A stretch of DNA of 64,000 nucleotides, from positions 14,444 to 78,443 of IMG/VR virus record IMGVR_UViG_3300025251_000012; one strand, written 5' to 3'. Below the pieces are notes generated by a model, which worked only from the letters and a program-made list of their open reading frames with translations, did not search any database and was not told the DNA's origin. This stretch comes from a virus (taxonomy: Duplodnaviria; Caudoviricetes). Each line of letters opens with the position of its first letter. The stretch's first letter is position 1. The position numbers and the translations under genes are program-made. This document shows, piece after piece, positions 38,875-47,936 of the stretch.

Positions 38875-39233
38875 GGGCGTTGTTGCTGTGCGCGGTCAAA
38901 CGGCGGCATTTTTTTACGCAGTCGTCGTGGGCGCTTAATCTTTAGTGGGTCATCATCACCGCTAGTAGGTGCAGTGACCTTTGATGTTTTAATTCGACGT
39001 AGGCACTGCCTAAGTATTTTGCGCTCAATATCATCTAGGTGTGTTTCCATAGCGTCTAAGTCGTCAACCAGGGTATCAAAATTCTGCTTAGTGACTTCAT
39101 AGGTAGCTTCTGCGACGGGCTCGGCGGGGCTCATTCGGTTTATAAATGCCGTAGTGACGCCAGCTATACCAGTTATAAGCGCTATAAGCACCGCTATAGT
39201 TTCCTTCTTTAGCATTTGCCATCCTCTTTGCAC
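38871..39233 (-). CDS. N-terminally membrane-anchored coiled-coil protein
   Basis: TIAVLIALITGIAGVTTAFI followed by heptad-like region. Confidence 0.45.
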   Translation of the reverse strand: MQRGWQMLKKETIAVLIALITGIAGVTTAFINRMSPAEPVAEATYEVTKQNFDTLVDDLDAMETHLDDIERKILRQCLRRIKTSKVTAPTSGDDDPLKIKRPRRLRKKMPPFDRAQQQRP

Positions 39234-39442
39234 GGTGGTTCAAAGACTTCTTTCCAGGGGCCGTATAGATTGTTCTCATTAACAGGGACGAAGACACAGC
39301 ATTGAGGGCAGCGTTCACAACTAGAGTCTATAAAGTTGTCCCGCCATTCTCGCTGGTTAGCGGCCTCTGGCGGCGCAGCGCAGCACACAATGATAAAAGC
39401 CGCAGCGACTATGACTAAGATACTATTCATCACCAGCGTCAT
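39209..39442 (-). CDS. Small Cys-rich exported protein / lipoprotein candidate
   Basis: Hydrophobic signal ending IIVCC; CERCPQCC. Confidence 0.4.
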   Translation of the reverse strand: MTLVMNSILVIVAAAFIIVCCAAPPEAANQREWRDNFIDSSCERCPQCCVFVPVNENNLYGPWKEVFEPPCKEDGKC

Positions 39443-39806
39443 CCTTTGGTTGATATGGGATCGTGTAGTCGAAAGGGCTTATTTTGTCTTTAACAGCAGT
39501 TGCCACAGTTTCTAGTGCGTTGACTACGCGGTCTGTAATAGTAGGCGAGGCTTCGGCGTCTTTTGGCAGATGCTCTAGCGCAGCCCGTATTTCTTTAATG
39601 CGTTTCCACATAATGAACGACCAACCGGCAACGTCTAAAAGTTCTTCTTCAATTTCATCTAGTAGTACGTCTGGACTTTTAGAGAAGGAGCGGCCCTCAT
39701 ATTCAGCCTCGCCCTTATCAAGGCGCACCACTATTTTGGACATAAAAGCGAGCCAATCATCTTTAAAGCCTGGGTCCATCTGAAAGTTGTACCTTGTACT
39801 ACACAT
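39423..39806 (-). CDS. All-alpha NTP pyrophosphohydrolase-like (MazG-like) small protein
   Basis: RLDKGEAEY...LDEIEEELLDVAGW acidic EExxD helix motif. Confidence 0.5.
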   Translation of the reverse strand: MCSTRYNFQMDPGFKDDWLAFMSKIVVRLDKGEAEYEGRSFSKSPDVLLDEIEEELLDVAGWSFIMWKRIKEIRAALEHLPKDAEASPTITDRVVNALETVATAVKDKISPFDYTIPYQPKDDAGDE

Positions 39807-39811
39807 TTTTG

Positions 39812-41302
39812 CTACTCCATACTTTCCGCGTCATCCAACATATCAGCAGCGGCCGATACGACATAGGTACGCTTTTCTATTTGGTCGTCGCTATCGGGAT
39901 TAATTTCGGTCATATCGACCCATAGTAATTTAGAGTCCTGCAAATGCAGCGGAATCTTCGTACCGTCTTCGTATAGGCGGGGGCCTACATGGTATGTGTG
40001 CCAGTGCGCTTTTCTAAAATGACCACTAACCGCTTTACCGGTTGTCATAGTATTGCGGGTGGCGCGTGCTTCGTATGAGTTTCCGACCATAATAATAGAG
40101 CACTTCGTGGCTTTTAAAATTTTAGGCCCTAAGCGTTTGGCCCGAGAGAGTTTAGACTTTCTGAGCTTCTTTTTGAGGCTTCGTACATGCTTGCTGTTTG
40201 TGGCGTTAGACCGCGTGAAATCTGGGTTAGTGCTATTAGCATAAAGAATCAAGTTTACCAGGAGCTTAACGCAGTGGTGTAAGGAGGCTTTCATACGAGC
40301 ATACTGGTACGAGGATGTAGGCGCGTAAGGGATACCAGCGTCGTTCGCCTGATTATCGTGACTACTCAAAACCCATTCAACATAGTCAGTAATAGCATTA
40401 GGGGTTCCCCATTTTATATGTTTAAGGCACAGGGTTAGCTGTGTTGTAGGAACGTCAGATTCATTAACGGACTTTTCGTTCGGCCTACCAACAATGAGTA
40501 AGGACAGGAAGTCGCCGTGTTCTGTGACAAAAAACCCACCAAGCTTATGATATCCAGTATCTTCGGGCTGGAAAATACCAGTGCCTAAGCGCTTTTCTGG
40601 GTCGGTAGTCGGTAGCGCTCCGATTGCTGAATTTCTTCCCGTATCTCCGTGCCCATATAAAAGATGCTCGTCGGCCGCGATACTTTGTGTGTCTGGAAGT
40701 GCCACATAAAAAGCCCTGTATGGCAGTCTAAAGTATTTTTCTGGGACGTTTGATATGGGCGTTTCTGAAAGCGCCTTTTCCATAAAGCTATCTATAACAA
40801 AGCATTCTTGGCGATAGTGCCTGTACATAAGCAGGGACGTTAAAAGGATTTGCTGTACAGGTAGGACTTCGGGGTCGTTCGTTGGTTCAAGTAGTTCGCC
40901 TGTTGCAGGATCTCTTCCAAAATCTTTCTCGTACCAAATTCTGAAATTTGTGCACGTAGCTTCTGAAACCGTTATTTGTATTAGAAAGCGGCCCTTTTCT
41001 TTTGAGTCGTGTACGCCGTTTACATACACCAAGCCCTCAAAACCCGGTTTTCCAAAGCCCGGGCGGACGGCTAATATGGATACAATGTCGCCCAGTGAGG
41101 TCCCATCATGTGGGACAGTTCCGAAAGCTTCATCGCCTTCTGGATTCCCGCGAGCCGCTAATATGGCTTCATAGTAATTATAAAAGTCAGCTTTCATATG
41201 GTCCCTCGTTCCAGCGGTAAATATGTGCAGTGTGGGGAAGTTTCCATGACCCCATAGGGGCATCGCCTTTACAACATGCCGATCAACCGCAGTCTGACGC
41301 AT
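39812..41302 (-). CDS. Hypothetical protein (496 aa) with His/Arg-rich C-terminal motif
   Basis: SGHFRKAHWHTYHVG; RBS GGAGG; own sigma70 promoter. Confidence 0.6.
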   Translation of the reverse strand: MRQTAVDRHVVKAMPLWGHGNFPTLHIFTAGTRDHMKADFYNYYEAILAARGNPEGDEAFGTVPHDGTSLGDIVSILAVRPGFGKPGFEGLVYVNGVHDSKEKGRFLIQITVSEATCTNFRIWYEKDFGRDPATGELLEPTNDPEVLPVQQILLTSLLMYRHYRQECFVIDSFMEKALSETPISNVPEKYFRLPYRAFYVALPDTQSIAADEHLLYGHGDTGRNSAIGALPTTDPEKRLGTGIFQPEDTGYHKLGGFFVTEHGDFLSLLIVGRPNEKSVNESDVPTTQLTLCLKHIKWGTPNAITDYVEWVLSSHDNQANDAGIPYAPTSSYQYARMKASLHHCVKLLVNLILYANSTNPDFTRSNATNSKHVRSLKKKLRKSKLSRAKRLGPKILKATKCSIIMVGNSYEARATRNTMTTGKAVSGHFRKAHWHTYHVGPRLYEDGTKIPLHLQDSKLLWVDMTEINPDSDDQIEKRTYVVSAAADMLDDAESME

Positions 41303-41460
41303 TTACCTCCGCCCTAACCCACTAACGACCCTACACGGCCGACCCCATGGCTAATGCCTTTCCGAGGTCCGGTGCCGGAGTTTTCTGGCAACTAAACCAG
41401 TTAATTCATCGGGCCATGGCAATACCCGACTATCCGCTAGTTAACGCGGCACATACTCAC

Positions 41461-41489
41461 ACAATAAGACTACATGCTGTAACTGTCAA
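41461..41489 (-). promoter_or_regulatory. sigma70-type promoter
   Basis: TTGACA-17 nt-TATTGT on - strand upstream of 41302. Confidence 0.7.
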
Positions 41490-41544
41490 ATGGTTATTTA
41501 TAAATAATCTATAAAAACGCTACTTTTGTAGTGATTCAAAGAAC

Positions 41545-41574
41545 TTGCGTGGTGTATAAAACACCTAATATAGT
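41545..41574 (+). promoter_or_regulatory. Candidate divergent sigma70-type promoter for the + strand island
   Basis: TTGCGT-18 nt-TATAGT; spacer holds GGTGT-ATAAA-ACACC inverted repeat. Confidence 0.45.
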
Positions 41575-41583
41575 GATCTCGGC

Positions 41584-41964
41584 ATGGTTTTGCGCTTACA
41601 TAAATGGCCACAAGGTTTAGACTCTTGTCTTAATTGCACCTCGACTCCGGTGGAGGCGAGTTATGCCAGTCGCGGCCTTTGTACACGTTGCTACGATAAA
41701 CATCGTCGCCACGGCACACTAAAGAAGTACGAATTTTTAGGCGCTAGTTGGAAATCTACAGCAAAAAACCCAACGTTAAGAGCCGTCCGTAAAATAGGCA
41801 TCACTATAACCGCTATGTTGGTTGGCGAAGACCCCGGTGTAATCAGGGTCTGGTGTAAAGAAGGCACCCCTAAAAACATGCAGGCGATTATGGACGAAGC
41901 CCTTCTAATTATAAACTCGAAGAACCCCGACCACAGGGCATTGCTTTTCCCAGACGACCACTAG
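41584..41964 (+). CDS. Zn-finger-like protein, possible DNA-binding regulator
   Basis: CLNC...RGLCTRCY; C-terminal HTH-like TAMLVGEDPGVIRVWCKEG. Confidence 0.5.
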   Translation: MVLRLHKWPQGLDSCLNCTSTPVEASYASRGLCTRCYDKHRRHGTLKKYEFLGASWKSTAKNPTLRAVRKIGITITAMLVGEDPGVIRVWCKEGTPKNMQAIMDEALLIINSKNPDHRALLFPDDH

Positions 41965-42006
41965 CTGTAGTTGTGTTAGCTCCGGGTTGGGCAGTCGCGC
42001 AAGTGT

Positions 42007-44082
42007 GTGGCACTCGGAGATACTTTGCGAGCCAGGTTAGTCACAACAACCTTAGTTTTAGTACTGGCAAGCAGTTGTAGCAAGAGCAGCGGCGATGGGT
42101 TTTCGCCCAATGAACTGGACGCGGTGGATACCCTTAGCTTTGTAGACGCCGATACTTACGACCCCCATACCGGGGATACCTACGAATACGAAAAGCGTTG
42201 TTACCAAGACCAATATTGGTACTGCCCGCCCCTATCTGCTGTGTGGCGCAAAGTGGTTACAGTAGATATATGCGACGAAAACGGCGACCCGTGCACAGCC
42301 TCCGAGTGTCAGTGGTCTATCGTAACTATGGGTGACTGCGAAGAAATCTTTGAATGCGACCCTACGGGGCCGACCAATCTCGGTGAAATTGTGTGCGAGG
42401 TTGATGGGCTTTTAGGAGTTCAAACTAAATACTGTGACAAAGGCTTCTTTTCATACAGCCCATGTGACCCTTGTACAGATGAGATTTGTGACAGCATAGA
42501 CAACGATTGCGATGGGACAACAGATGAGGGTTTGTACCCATGCTCCACTGATTGCGGCGATGGTGAGGGTGCCTGCATAAATGGCAAGGTAACGCTGTGT
42601 TCCGCGCCCGAGCCCACGGAAGAGGTCTGCAACTACGTTGATGACGACTGCGACGGTCTTACTGATGAGGGTCAAACAAACATTTGTAATCTATGCGGCG
42701 ATGTTCCGAGCGAAGATTGCGATAGTTTTGACAATGACTGCGATGGGCTGATTGATGAGGATTTGCTAGATGGCTGTAGTACGGCCTGTGGCGATGGCTA
42801 TAAAACGTGTGTTTCCGGTATGTGGACCCTGTGCTCCGCGCAAGAGCCTCAAGACGAGGTGTGTAATGGGTTGGATGACGACTGCAATGGTTATATAGAC
42901 GACGGGATTAGCTGCGGCTGCCCCCCGGAAGATGTTGGGGCAATATTCCCCTGCCTTGAGCCGCCGCTCGTATGCGGCCAAGGCTACAAACAATGCGCAT
43001 GTGTGGACGTGGGTTGTGCAGAGACCGCGATGACGGAGTGCCACGCCCCCTGCCATTTCTTCCCGATACCCGGCCAGACGTGTGATGACACTCTTGGAGT
43101 TCCATACCCAGAGGTCTGCAATAACCACGACGACGATTGCGACACCTTGATAGACGAAGATCTTGTCAAGGGATGTTACACCGGGCCTCCAGCAACAGAG
43201 GGCGTTGGCGAGTGCATCCCCGGCGAGATGACGTGTCTCGCGGGCAAGTGGGGCGGTAAAGTTAAAACTTCTAATACCCCAGAGACATTTGTGGAAGGCC
43301 TCTGCGTTGGTGAAGTAACGCCCATGTCCGAAGATCTCTGCGGCGGGGCAGACAATGATTGCAATGGTCAGGTTGAAAAAGAGCTAGAGGATACAGACAT
43401 CCTTTTCATCATTGACGCTTCAGGGTCCATGTACGAAGAAATTGGGGCAGTGGCGCAAGCAATGACCACATTTGCGGCAAGCTACTCCGGCTCCACCGCA
43501 ATTCATTGGGGGCTGGTTACCGGACCTACGGCAGTTGGTTCTGGGTTGTCTGAGAAGCTATATCTCAACCAAAATCTTACTGAGTTCTCTACCTTTGTAC
43601 CCGCGCTTTCCGCAATGGCTACGTCGTATCTTGGCGGGGCCAATGAGATGTTATATGACGCCCTCTATTTAGCAGCGCACAACCTTGTAGATCCTCAAAC
43701 GCTACCGCACCAAATATCAGATCTTGCGTGGGGGCCGGGAGCCAACCCGTCAGTTCCTAGCATCCAAGGTTTCAAGATTAATTGGCGGGAAAACGCTCAC
43801 CACGTGATTATCGTGTTCTCGGACGAAATGGGTCAGAGCTATCTCAAGCCTATGTTGTCCCAGCAGAACCTAGTAGACGTTCTAAGCCATGCGGACGACC
43901 TATCTGTTTATACTTTTAGTACCGGGTTCACAAAAGACGTAACCGACTGGCTGGGCAACAAAGTCGGCTGGGAATCGGTTTCTGTTGGCGGCTCTTGGAA
44001 CGAACTGAGCACAGACCCAACAAAAATGTTTGGTGCATTGATGGACATTTTGGATGAAACCGCCTGCGGAGGTGCCCCATGA
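42007..44082 (+). CDS. Myxobacterial-type surface lipoprotein: six Cys/Asp-rich (MopE-like) repeats + C-terminal vWA domain
   Basis: Signal LVLVLASSC; repeats EICDSIDNDCDGTTDEG, EVCNYVDDDCDGLTDEG, EDCDSFDNDCDGLIDED, EVCNGLDDDCNGYIDDG, EVCNNHDDDCDTLIDED, DLCGGADNDCNGQVEKE; MIDAS DILFIIDASGSM; IIVFSDE. Confidence 0.85.
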   Translation: MALGDTLRARLVTTTLVLVLASSCSKSSGDGFSPNELDAVDTLSFVDADTYDPHTGDTYEYEKRCYQDQYWYCPPLSAVWRKVVTVDICDENGDPCTASECQWSIVTMGDCEEIFECDPTGPTNLGEIVCEVDGLLGVQTKYCDKGFFSYSPCDPCTDEICDSIDNDCDGTTDEGLYPCSTDCGDGEGACINGKVTLCSAPEPTEEVCNYVDDDCDGLTDEGQTNICNLCGDVPSEDCDSFDNDCDGLIDEDLLDGCSTACGDGYKTCVSGMWTLCSAQEPQDEVCNGLDDDCNGYIDDGISCGCPPEDVGAIFPCLEPPLVCGQGYKQCACVDVGCAETAMTECHAPCHFFPIPGQTCDDTLGVPYPEVCNNHDDDCDTLIDEDLVKGCYTGPPATEGVGECIPGEMTCLAGKWGGKVKTSNTPETFVEGLCVGEVTPMSEDLCGGADNDCNGQVEKELEDTDILFIIDASGSMYEEIGAVAQAMTTFAASYSGSTAIHWGLVTGPTAVGSGLSEKLYLNQNLTEFSTFVPALSAMATSYLGGANEMLYDALYLAAHNLVDPQTLPHQISDLAWGPGANPSVPSIQGFKINWRENAHHVIIVFSDEMGQSYLKPMLSQQNLVDVLSHADDLSVYTFSTGFTKDVTDWLGNKVGWESVSVGGSWNELSTDPTKMFGALMDILDETACGGAP

Positions 44083-44240
44083 GCCTACTTCGGGACATTT
44101 TACTTACAGGCATTGGCCTAAATTGTGGGCTTTTGCTTTTCAGCCTTGCAAACGGCGAGTCAACAGGGGTTTTTGTTGCGCTTATTAGCGGGATATTTTG
44201 TGCAGCAGGGGCGGGGTATGTGCGTGCGAAAATGGGCTAA
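44079..44240 (+). CDS. Small two-helix membrane protein (53 aa, below cutoff)
   Basis: My translation MSLLRDILLTGIGLNCGLLLFSLANGESTGVFVALISGIFCAAGAGYVRAKMG; ATGA overlap with vWA gene. Confidence 0.55.
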   Translation: MSLLRDILLTGIGLNCGLLLFSLANGESTGVFVALISGIFCAAGAGYVRAKMG

Positions 44241-44379
44241 ATCAACAGTCAGGCAGTTGGCCGGTTCGCTGATATTTGTGCTGGTGTGTTTTGCAACAGC
44301 GGCGGTATTTGCGCCAACGGCCGAAGATATTGGTGACCGAAAATGGCAGACGGGCAGTGGAGCTTTAGAAGAGGCGTGA
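44218..44379 (+). CDS. Small single-pass membrane protein
   Basis: C-terminal part of ORF 44125..44379; LAGSLIFVLVCFATAAVFA. Confidence 0.4.
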   Translation: MCVRKWAKSTVRQLAGSLIFVLVCFATAAVFAPTAEDIGDRKWQTGSGALEEA

Positions 44380-44642
44380 ATAGGGCACTTGGCAGGGGGA
44401 CAAGGGTAGAGGTTAAAAGGCCTATTGAGGTCACTTGCCCAACTAAAGATAAGACTATCCAAATAGTCGTTGCCCAAGGCACTACCGGAACCATCTTAGA
44501 AATCATACCGAACCTTCGTGTTCGACTTGACGATGTGTACGAGGGGAAAATCCGGGAAATACGGTGGCATTCAAGCGCAAAGATTAACGACGACTTGGTT
44601 TCTATTGATGACGAAGAGAGGCGATTGTGGGTGGTCAAATAG
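44343..44642 (+). CDS. Hypothetical small beta-rich protein
   Basis: ORF within + island; true start may be GTG near 44376. Confidence 0.45.
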   Translation: MADGQWSFRRGVNRALGRGTRVEVKRPIEVTCPTKDKTIQIVVAQGTTGTILEIIPNLRVRLDDVYEGKIREIRWHSSAKINDDLVSIDDEERRLWVVK

Positions 44643-45511
44643 TAAGATTATTTTTGGCGTTCTTAGTAGTGATAGCGCTTTCTTGTGCGGGCACAACCGG
44701 TGGGTCTACAGCAGTTACACAGCCTAAACTGCCCAGGGCCTCATTCGTTTTCTTGACGCACACATATTCAGAAAACCTTTGCCACAAAGACCAATGTATA
44801 CCGGCAAGTAGGGTTAAATTTGTTGGGTCAGGGTTTTCCATAGCAACAGATAAAACCGGATCGCTAATTATGACGGCTGGGCACCTTTGTAAGCGTCCGG
44901 TCCCTAAGTACACAGGCGGCTTTAGGATGTCTACTGAATCTAGTATGACAGCGGCAACCCCAGGCGGGGGGAAATACCCTGCAAAGGTGCTTGCGGTATA
45001 CACGGGAATTGACGCGTGTGTGTTGAGGATCGACGGTGTGCACATAACCCCTGTTAAATTTGCAACCGAGGCACCAAAATATGGGGAGCGTGTTTATGCA
45101 CTTGCGGCCCCGCTTGGGTTGTACTCGTCCGAGATGTTACCGAAATTCGAGGGCTTCTACTCTGGCAGCGCTTATAAGGTCGCAAAACCTTCCCCATGGA
45201 CAGGCTCTTTTGATGAACTAACTATTTACACAATACCCACAAGAGGTGGCAGCAGCGGTGCCCCGGTATTCAATTCAAAGGGCGAGGTCATTGGAATTAT
45301 AATCATGGCCGCTATTAGCCTAGAAAACTTGTGCTGGTCCCCAACATTTGAAGCCCTACAACAGATTTGGTTAGCTTTAGAGCGAGAGGCATATGGGAAA
45401 AAGAAAGAAGAAGGCAAAAACAGTTGGGAAAGAGGCGCAAGCGCGCCCAACAATGAAAATTTCACACCGGAATATGTTAAGTGTTTCCTCACAAAAGAAG
45501 AAGCGAAATAA
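44627..45511 (+). CDS. Exported trypsin-like serine protease (lipoprotein-like signal)
   Basis: Triad TAGHLC / IDACVL / RGGSSGAPVFN; N-term LFLAFLVVIALSC. Confidence 0.85.
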   Translation: MGGQIVRLFLAFLVVIALSCAGTTGGSTAVTQPKLPRASFVFLTHTYSENLCHKDQCIPASRVKFVGSGFSIATDKTGSLIMTAGHLCKRPVPKYTGGFRMSTESSMTAATPGGGKYPAKVLAVYTGIDACVLRIDGVHITPVKFATEAPKYGERVYALAAPLGLYSSEMLPKFEGFYSGSAYKVAKPSPWTGSFDELTIYTIPTRGGSSGAPVFNSKGEVIGIIIMAAISLENLCWSPTFEALQQIWLALEREAYGKKKEEGKNSWERGASAPNNENFTPEYVKCFLTKEEAK

Positions 45512-45676
45512 GCGTACAAAAAAATGACCCCTATAAGTTGTGGTGTGTTCTTCCAAACCCACAAGTTGTTGGGTACTTTAAATAGCTACTACTACTAAAA
45601 GTTATGACTATTTGCAGCTTTCTCGCGCGTAAGACGTGGGTGGCCCGCAATATCTGACAGGATTTCTGAAAGTTTT

Positions 45677-46279
45677 TTATCTTTTTCTGTGAATGGAGTC
45701 CGAGCCCTCGGTTTCCATTTCATTTAAAGGCAGCCTGTTAAAGATCTGGTTGTCATACATTTCAAGCAGGCGTTTCATGCTTCTTACTCTTCTAGCGTAA
45801 CCCTTTGACCTTTTATTACACACGCGCCCAGCATTGTAATGACACTGGTAACTGTCGCCGTAGGCATTTTTAAACTTTTTTACTGCCTTTAGACCCGCAG
45901 CTATGACATCGCAGCCACGTGCACGCCGTTTGGGGCAGAAGTACCTAGGCAAAATTTGTAGTGGCCCTATGGCCCCAGCAGATGACACAGCAGTCATAGA
46001 GAATTTGCTTTCGTAATAACCAATGGCGACGACCTCTGGGATAGAGAGTCCGTAGTCTTCGGCCTTACTAGCCAAGGTGACGCACGTCTTCATGCGCGGC
46101 GGAAGGTTTTTAGCTAGTTTATTTCTGTAACTTTTAGACCCCACGTTATGAAATAGCGTAGACAGGGCAAGAGCACAGTGTACCTCTGCTCTTAAAGAGG
46201 GCGTGTCCTGGTTTTTTGCGAACGCAAGATCTGTGATTCCAATATGGAAGATGACGGCCAGCGCTATAATCAAGTTCAT
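45677..46279 (-). CDS. Lytic transglycosylase (SLT domain) with N-terminal signal/anchor; endolysin candidate
   Basis: VVAIGYYESKFSMTAVSSAGAIGPLQILP and HYNAG motifs; hydrophobic N-terminus. Confidence 0.8.
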   Translation of the reverse strand: MNLIIALAVIFHIGITDLAFAKNQDTPSLRAEVHCALALSTLFHNVGSKSYRNKLAKNLPPRMKTCVTLASKAEDYGLSIPEVVAIGYYESKFSMTAVSSAGAIGPLQILPRYFCPKRRARGCDVIAAGLKAVKKFKNAYGDSYQCHYNAGRVCNKRSKGYARRVRSMKRLLEMYDNQIFNRLPLNEMETEGSDSIHRKR

Positions 46280-46301
46280 TTTTAATCCAATGTCCTAACG
46301 T

Positions 46302-47936
46302 TTAGAACGGCGTAGTTATGTTTAAAACAGCCGGTATCGCATTAGCAAGCTCATCGTTATGCGTAACAACAAATACCAATCTGTCTGTGCTTATCTCAGA
46401 CAGAACATCGACGATAGCAGCCACGCCGTCCGAATCTAGTGCGTCAAACACCTCATCAAACATCATGGCTCCCGAGTAGCCGGAAGCGGCTTCAGCTATA
46501 GCCCCCAACCCCAACATTAGCGCTACGTCCACCCGCCTACGTTGGCCGCTGGATAGCGCTTTATACCCATTACCGCCCCCGCCACCGTGGATGTGGAGGC
46601 TTATTGTGTCCACGACCTTCCCGCTGGCTTGCACAGTTTCGCCGCTTAATTCTATGCTAAGGTCCGTACATAAGCGCGATAGCCACGAATTAGCCGATGC
46701 TTGGAGCCCGTTTAGTGCGTTTGTAACCACTTGGGCACGGACACCTCTTGTGTTCAGAACTGTGGCAACGTGGCCTAAGACATCAACCTTGTCCTGTAGT
46801 TCAGACTTTTCATCGCCAAGCGACACCGCCTCTTCTTCGTGGGCGGCTTTAGAAGCAAGAAGCTGCTTCTTACTACTCTCAGCTTCTTTGGCAAAGGTTG
46901 TACTCTGGATTACAGAACGCATTTTGGTGTCTAGGTGATAAGACGCCTCGGATAGCAAATCGCAATCTCCGGTCAGTTCTTCTAGGTTGACAGTTAACGC
47001 AGATAGGGAAGCCCTCTTAGTTTTATGCTCTGCGGTTAGGGCCGCTGTAGTTTCATCTATCACAGCGCGAACGTTGTCCCGGTATTCTGCGCGTATGTCT
47101 TGGAAGCATGTAGGACACTTAGCATCTTTAATATTTTCAACCTTCTCTGCTTCAAAGCTAAGTTTTGATTCAATAGTTATTACGTCTTTACGACAGCTTC
47201 TTACTTCAGCGCTAACTTCAGAAACCTCACTTTGTGCCTGTTTATATTGTTCCTCAAGTTTAGACAGTTTGTCTTCAAGGACTTTTAAGTCGTCTGTAGG
47301 CCCTAGATTCTTCTCATATTTTTCGTAATCAGAAATTCGATCTTTAAGGCTTTTAATGCGCTCTTGTAAAATTTCACTGCCCTGCTCTAATTTCACAAGA
47401 TTCCCTTTACCGGTATTCAAATCAGTCCGACACAGCATGTGAGCACTGTCGAAACGATCTACGCCTAACACCTCTTCGAGCAACCTTTTTCGTTCTTTGT
47501 CCGAAGCCATAGAAAAGTACACGGCATCAGAAGATGAAAAGACCCTGCTACGAACCCAAAGGCCGAAGTCCCCAACGATTGACTCTAAAGCCTCTTGCGC
47601 AGCGCTCATGGTGGGAAACTCTGCGGGATCTTCAAAGGTGCCGTCATGGTTGTATTTCCAACCCATTTGGGTGCGCCCATTTTCCCGCCGCCTAATAATG
47701 TAAACTTCATCAGTTGTGAGTCCCACCTCACAAGCGACTTCATCGTCCCCACCTGGGATAGTTCCGCGAAGTGTTTTGCCCCAAACAGCCCAGCAAATAG
47801 CTTCAATAATCGTGCTTTTACCGGTGCCGTTAGCCCCAGTTATGACCACGGCACCCTTCTTAGGGAATGTTAGTGTGAAGCCATTCAACCCGTGAAAGCC
47901 CGTGACCTCTATGTGCAGAATATTCATGCTAGGCAT
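46302..47936 (-). CDS. SbcC/Rad50/gp46-like recombination ATPase
   Basis: GANGTGKS Walker A, CPTC zinc hook, LSSGQRRR signature, FDEVFD Walker B. Confidence 0.92.
   Translation of the reverse strand: MPSMNILHIEVTGFHGLNGFTLTFPKKGAVVITGANGTGKSTIIEAICWAVWGKTLRGTIPGGDDEVACEVGLTTDEVYIIRRRENGRTQMGWKYNHDGTFEDPAEFPTMSAAQEALESIVGDFGLWVRSRVFSSSDAVYFSMASDKERKRLLEEVLGVDRFDSAHMLCRTDLNTGKGNLVKLEQGSEILQERIKSLKDRISDYEKYEKNLGPTDDLKVLEDKLSKLEEQYKQAQSEVSEVSAEVRSCRKDVITIESKLSFEAEKVENIKDAKCPTCFQDIRAEYRDNVRAVIDETTAALTAEHKTKRASLSALTVNLEELTGDCDLLSEASYHLDTKMRSVIQSTTFAKEAESSKKQLLASKAAHEEEAVSLGDEKSELQDKVDVLGHVATVLNTRGVRAQVVTNALNGLQASANSWLSRLCTDLSIELSGETVQASGKVVDTISLHIHGGGGGNGYKALSSGQRRRVDVALMLGLGAIAEAASGYSGAMMFDEVFDALDSDGVAAIVDVLSEISTDRLVFVVTHNDELANAIPAVLNITTPF

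Noticed and set aside
38871-39442. Rz/Rz1 spanin pair
   Set aside because: The lipoprotein-like gene precedes the anchored coiled-coil gene, opposite to the usual order, is Cys-rich rather than Pro-rich, and is far from the lysin.
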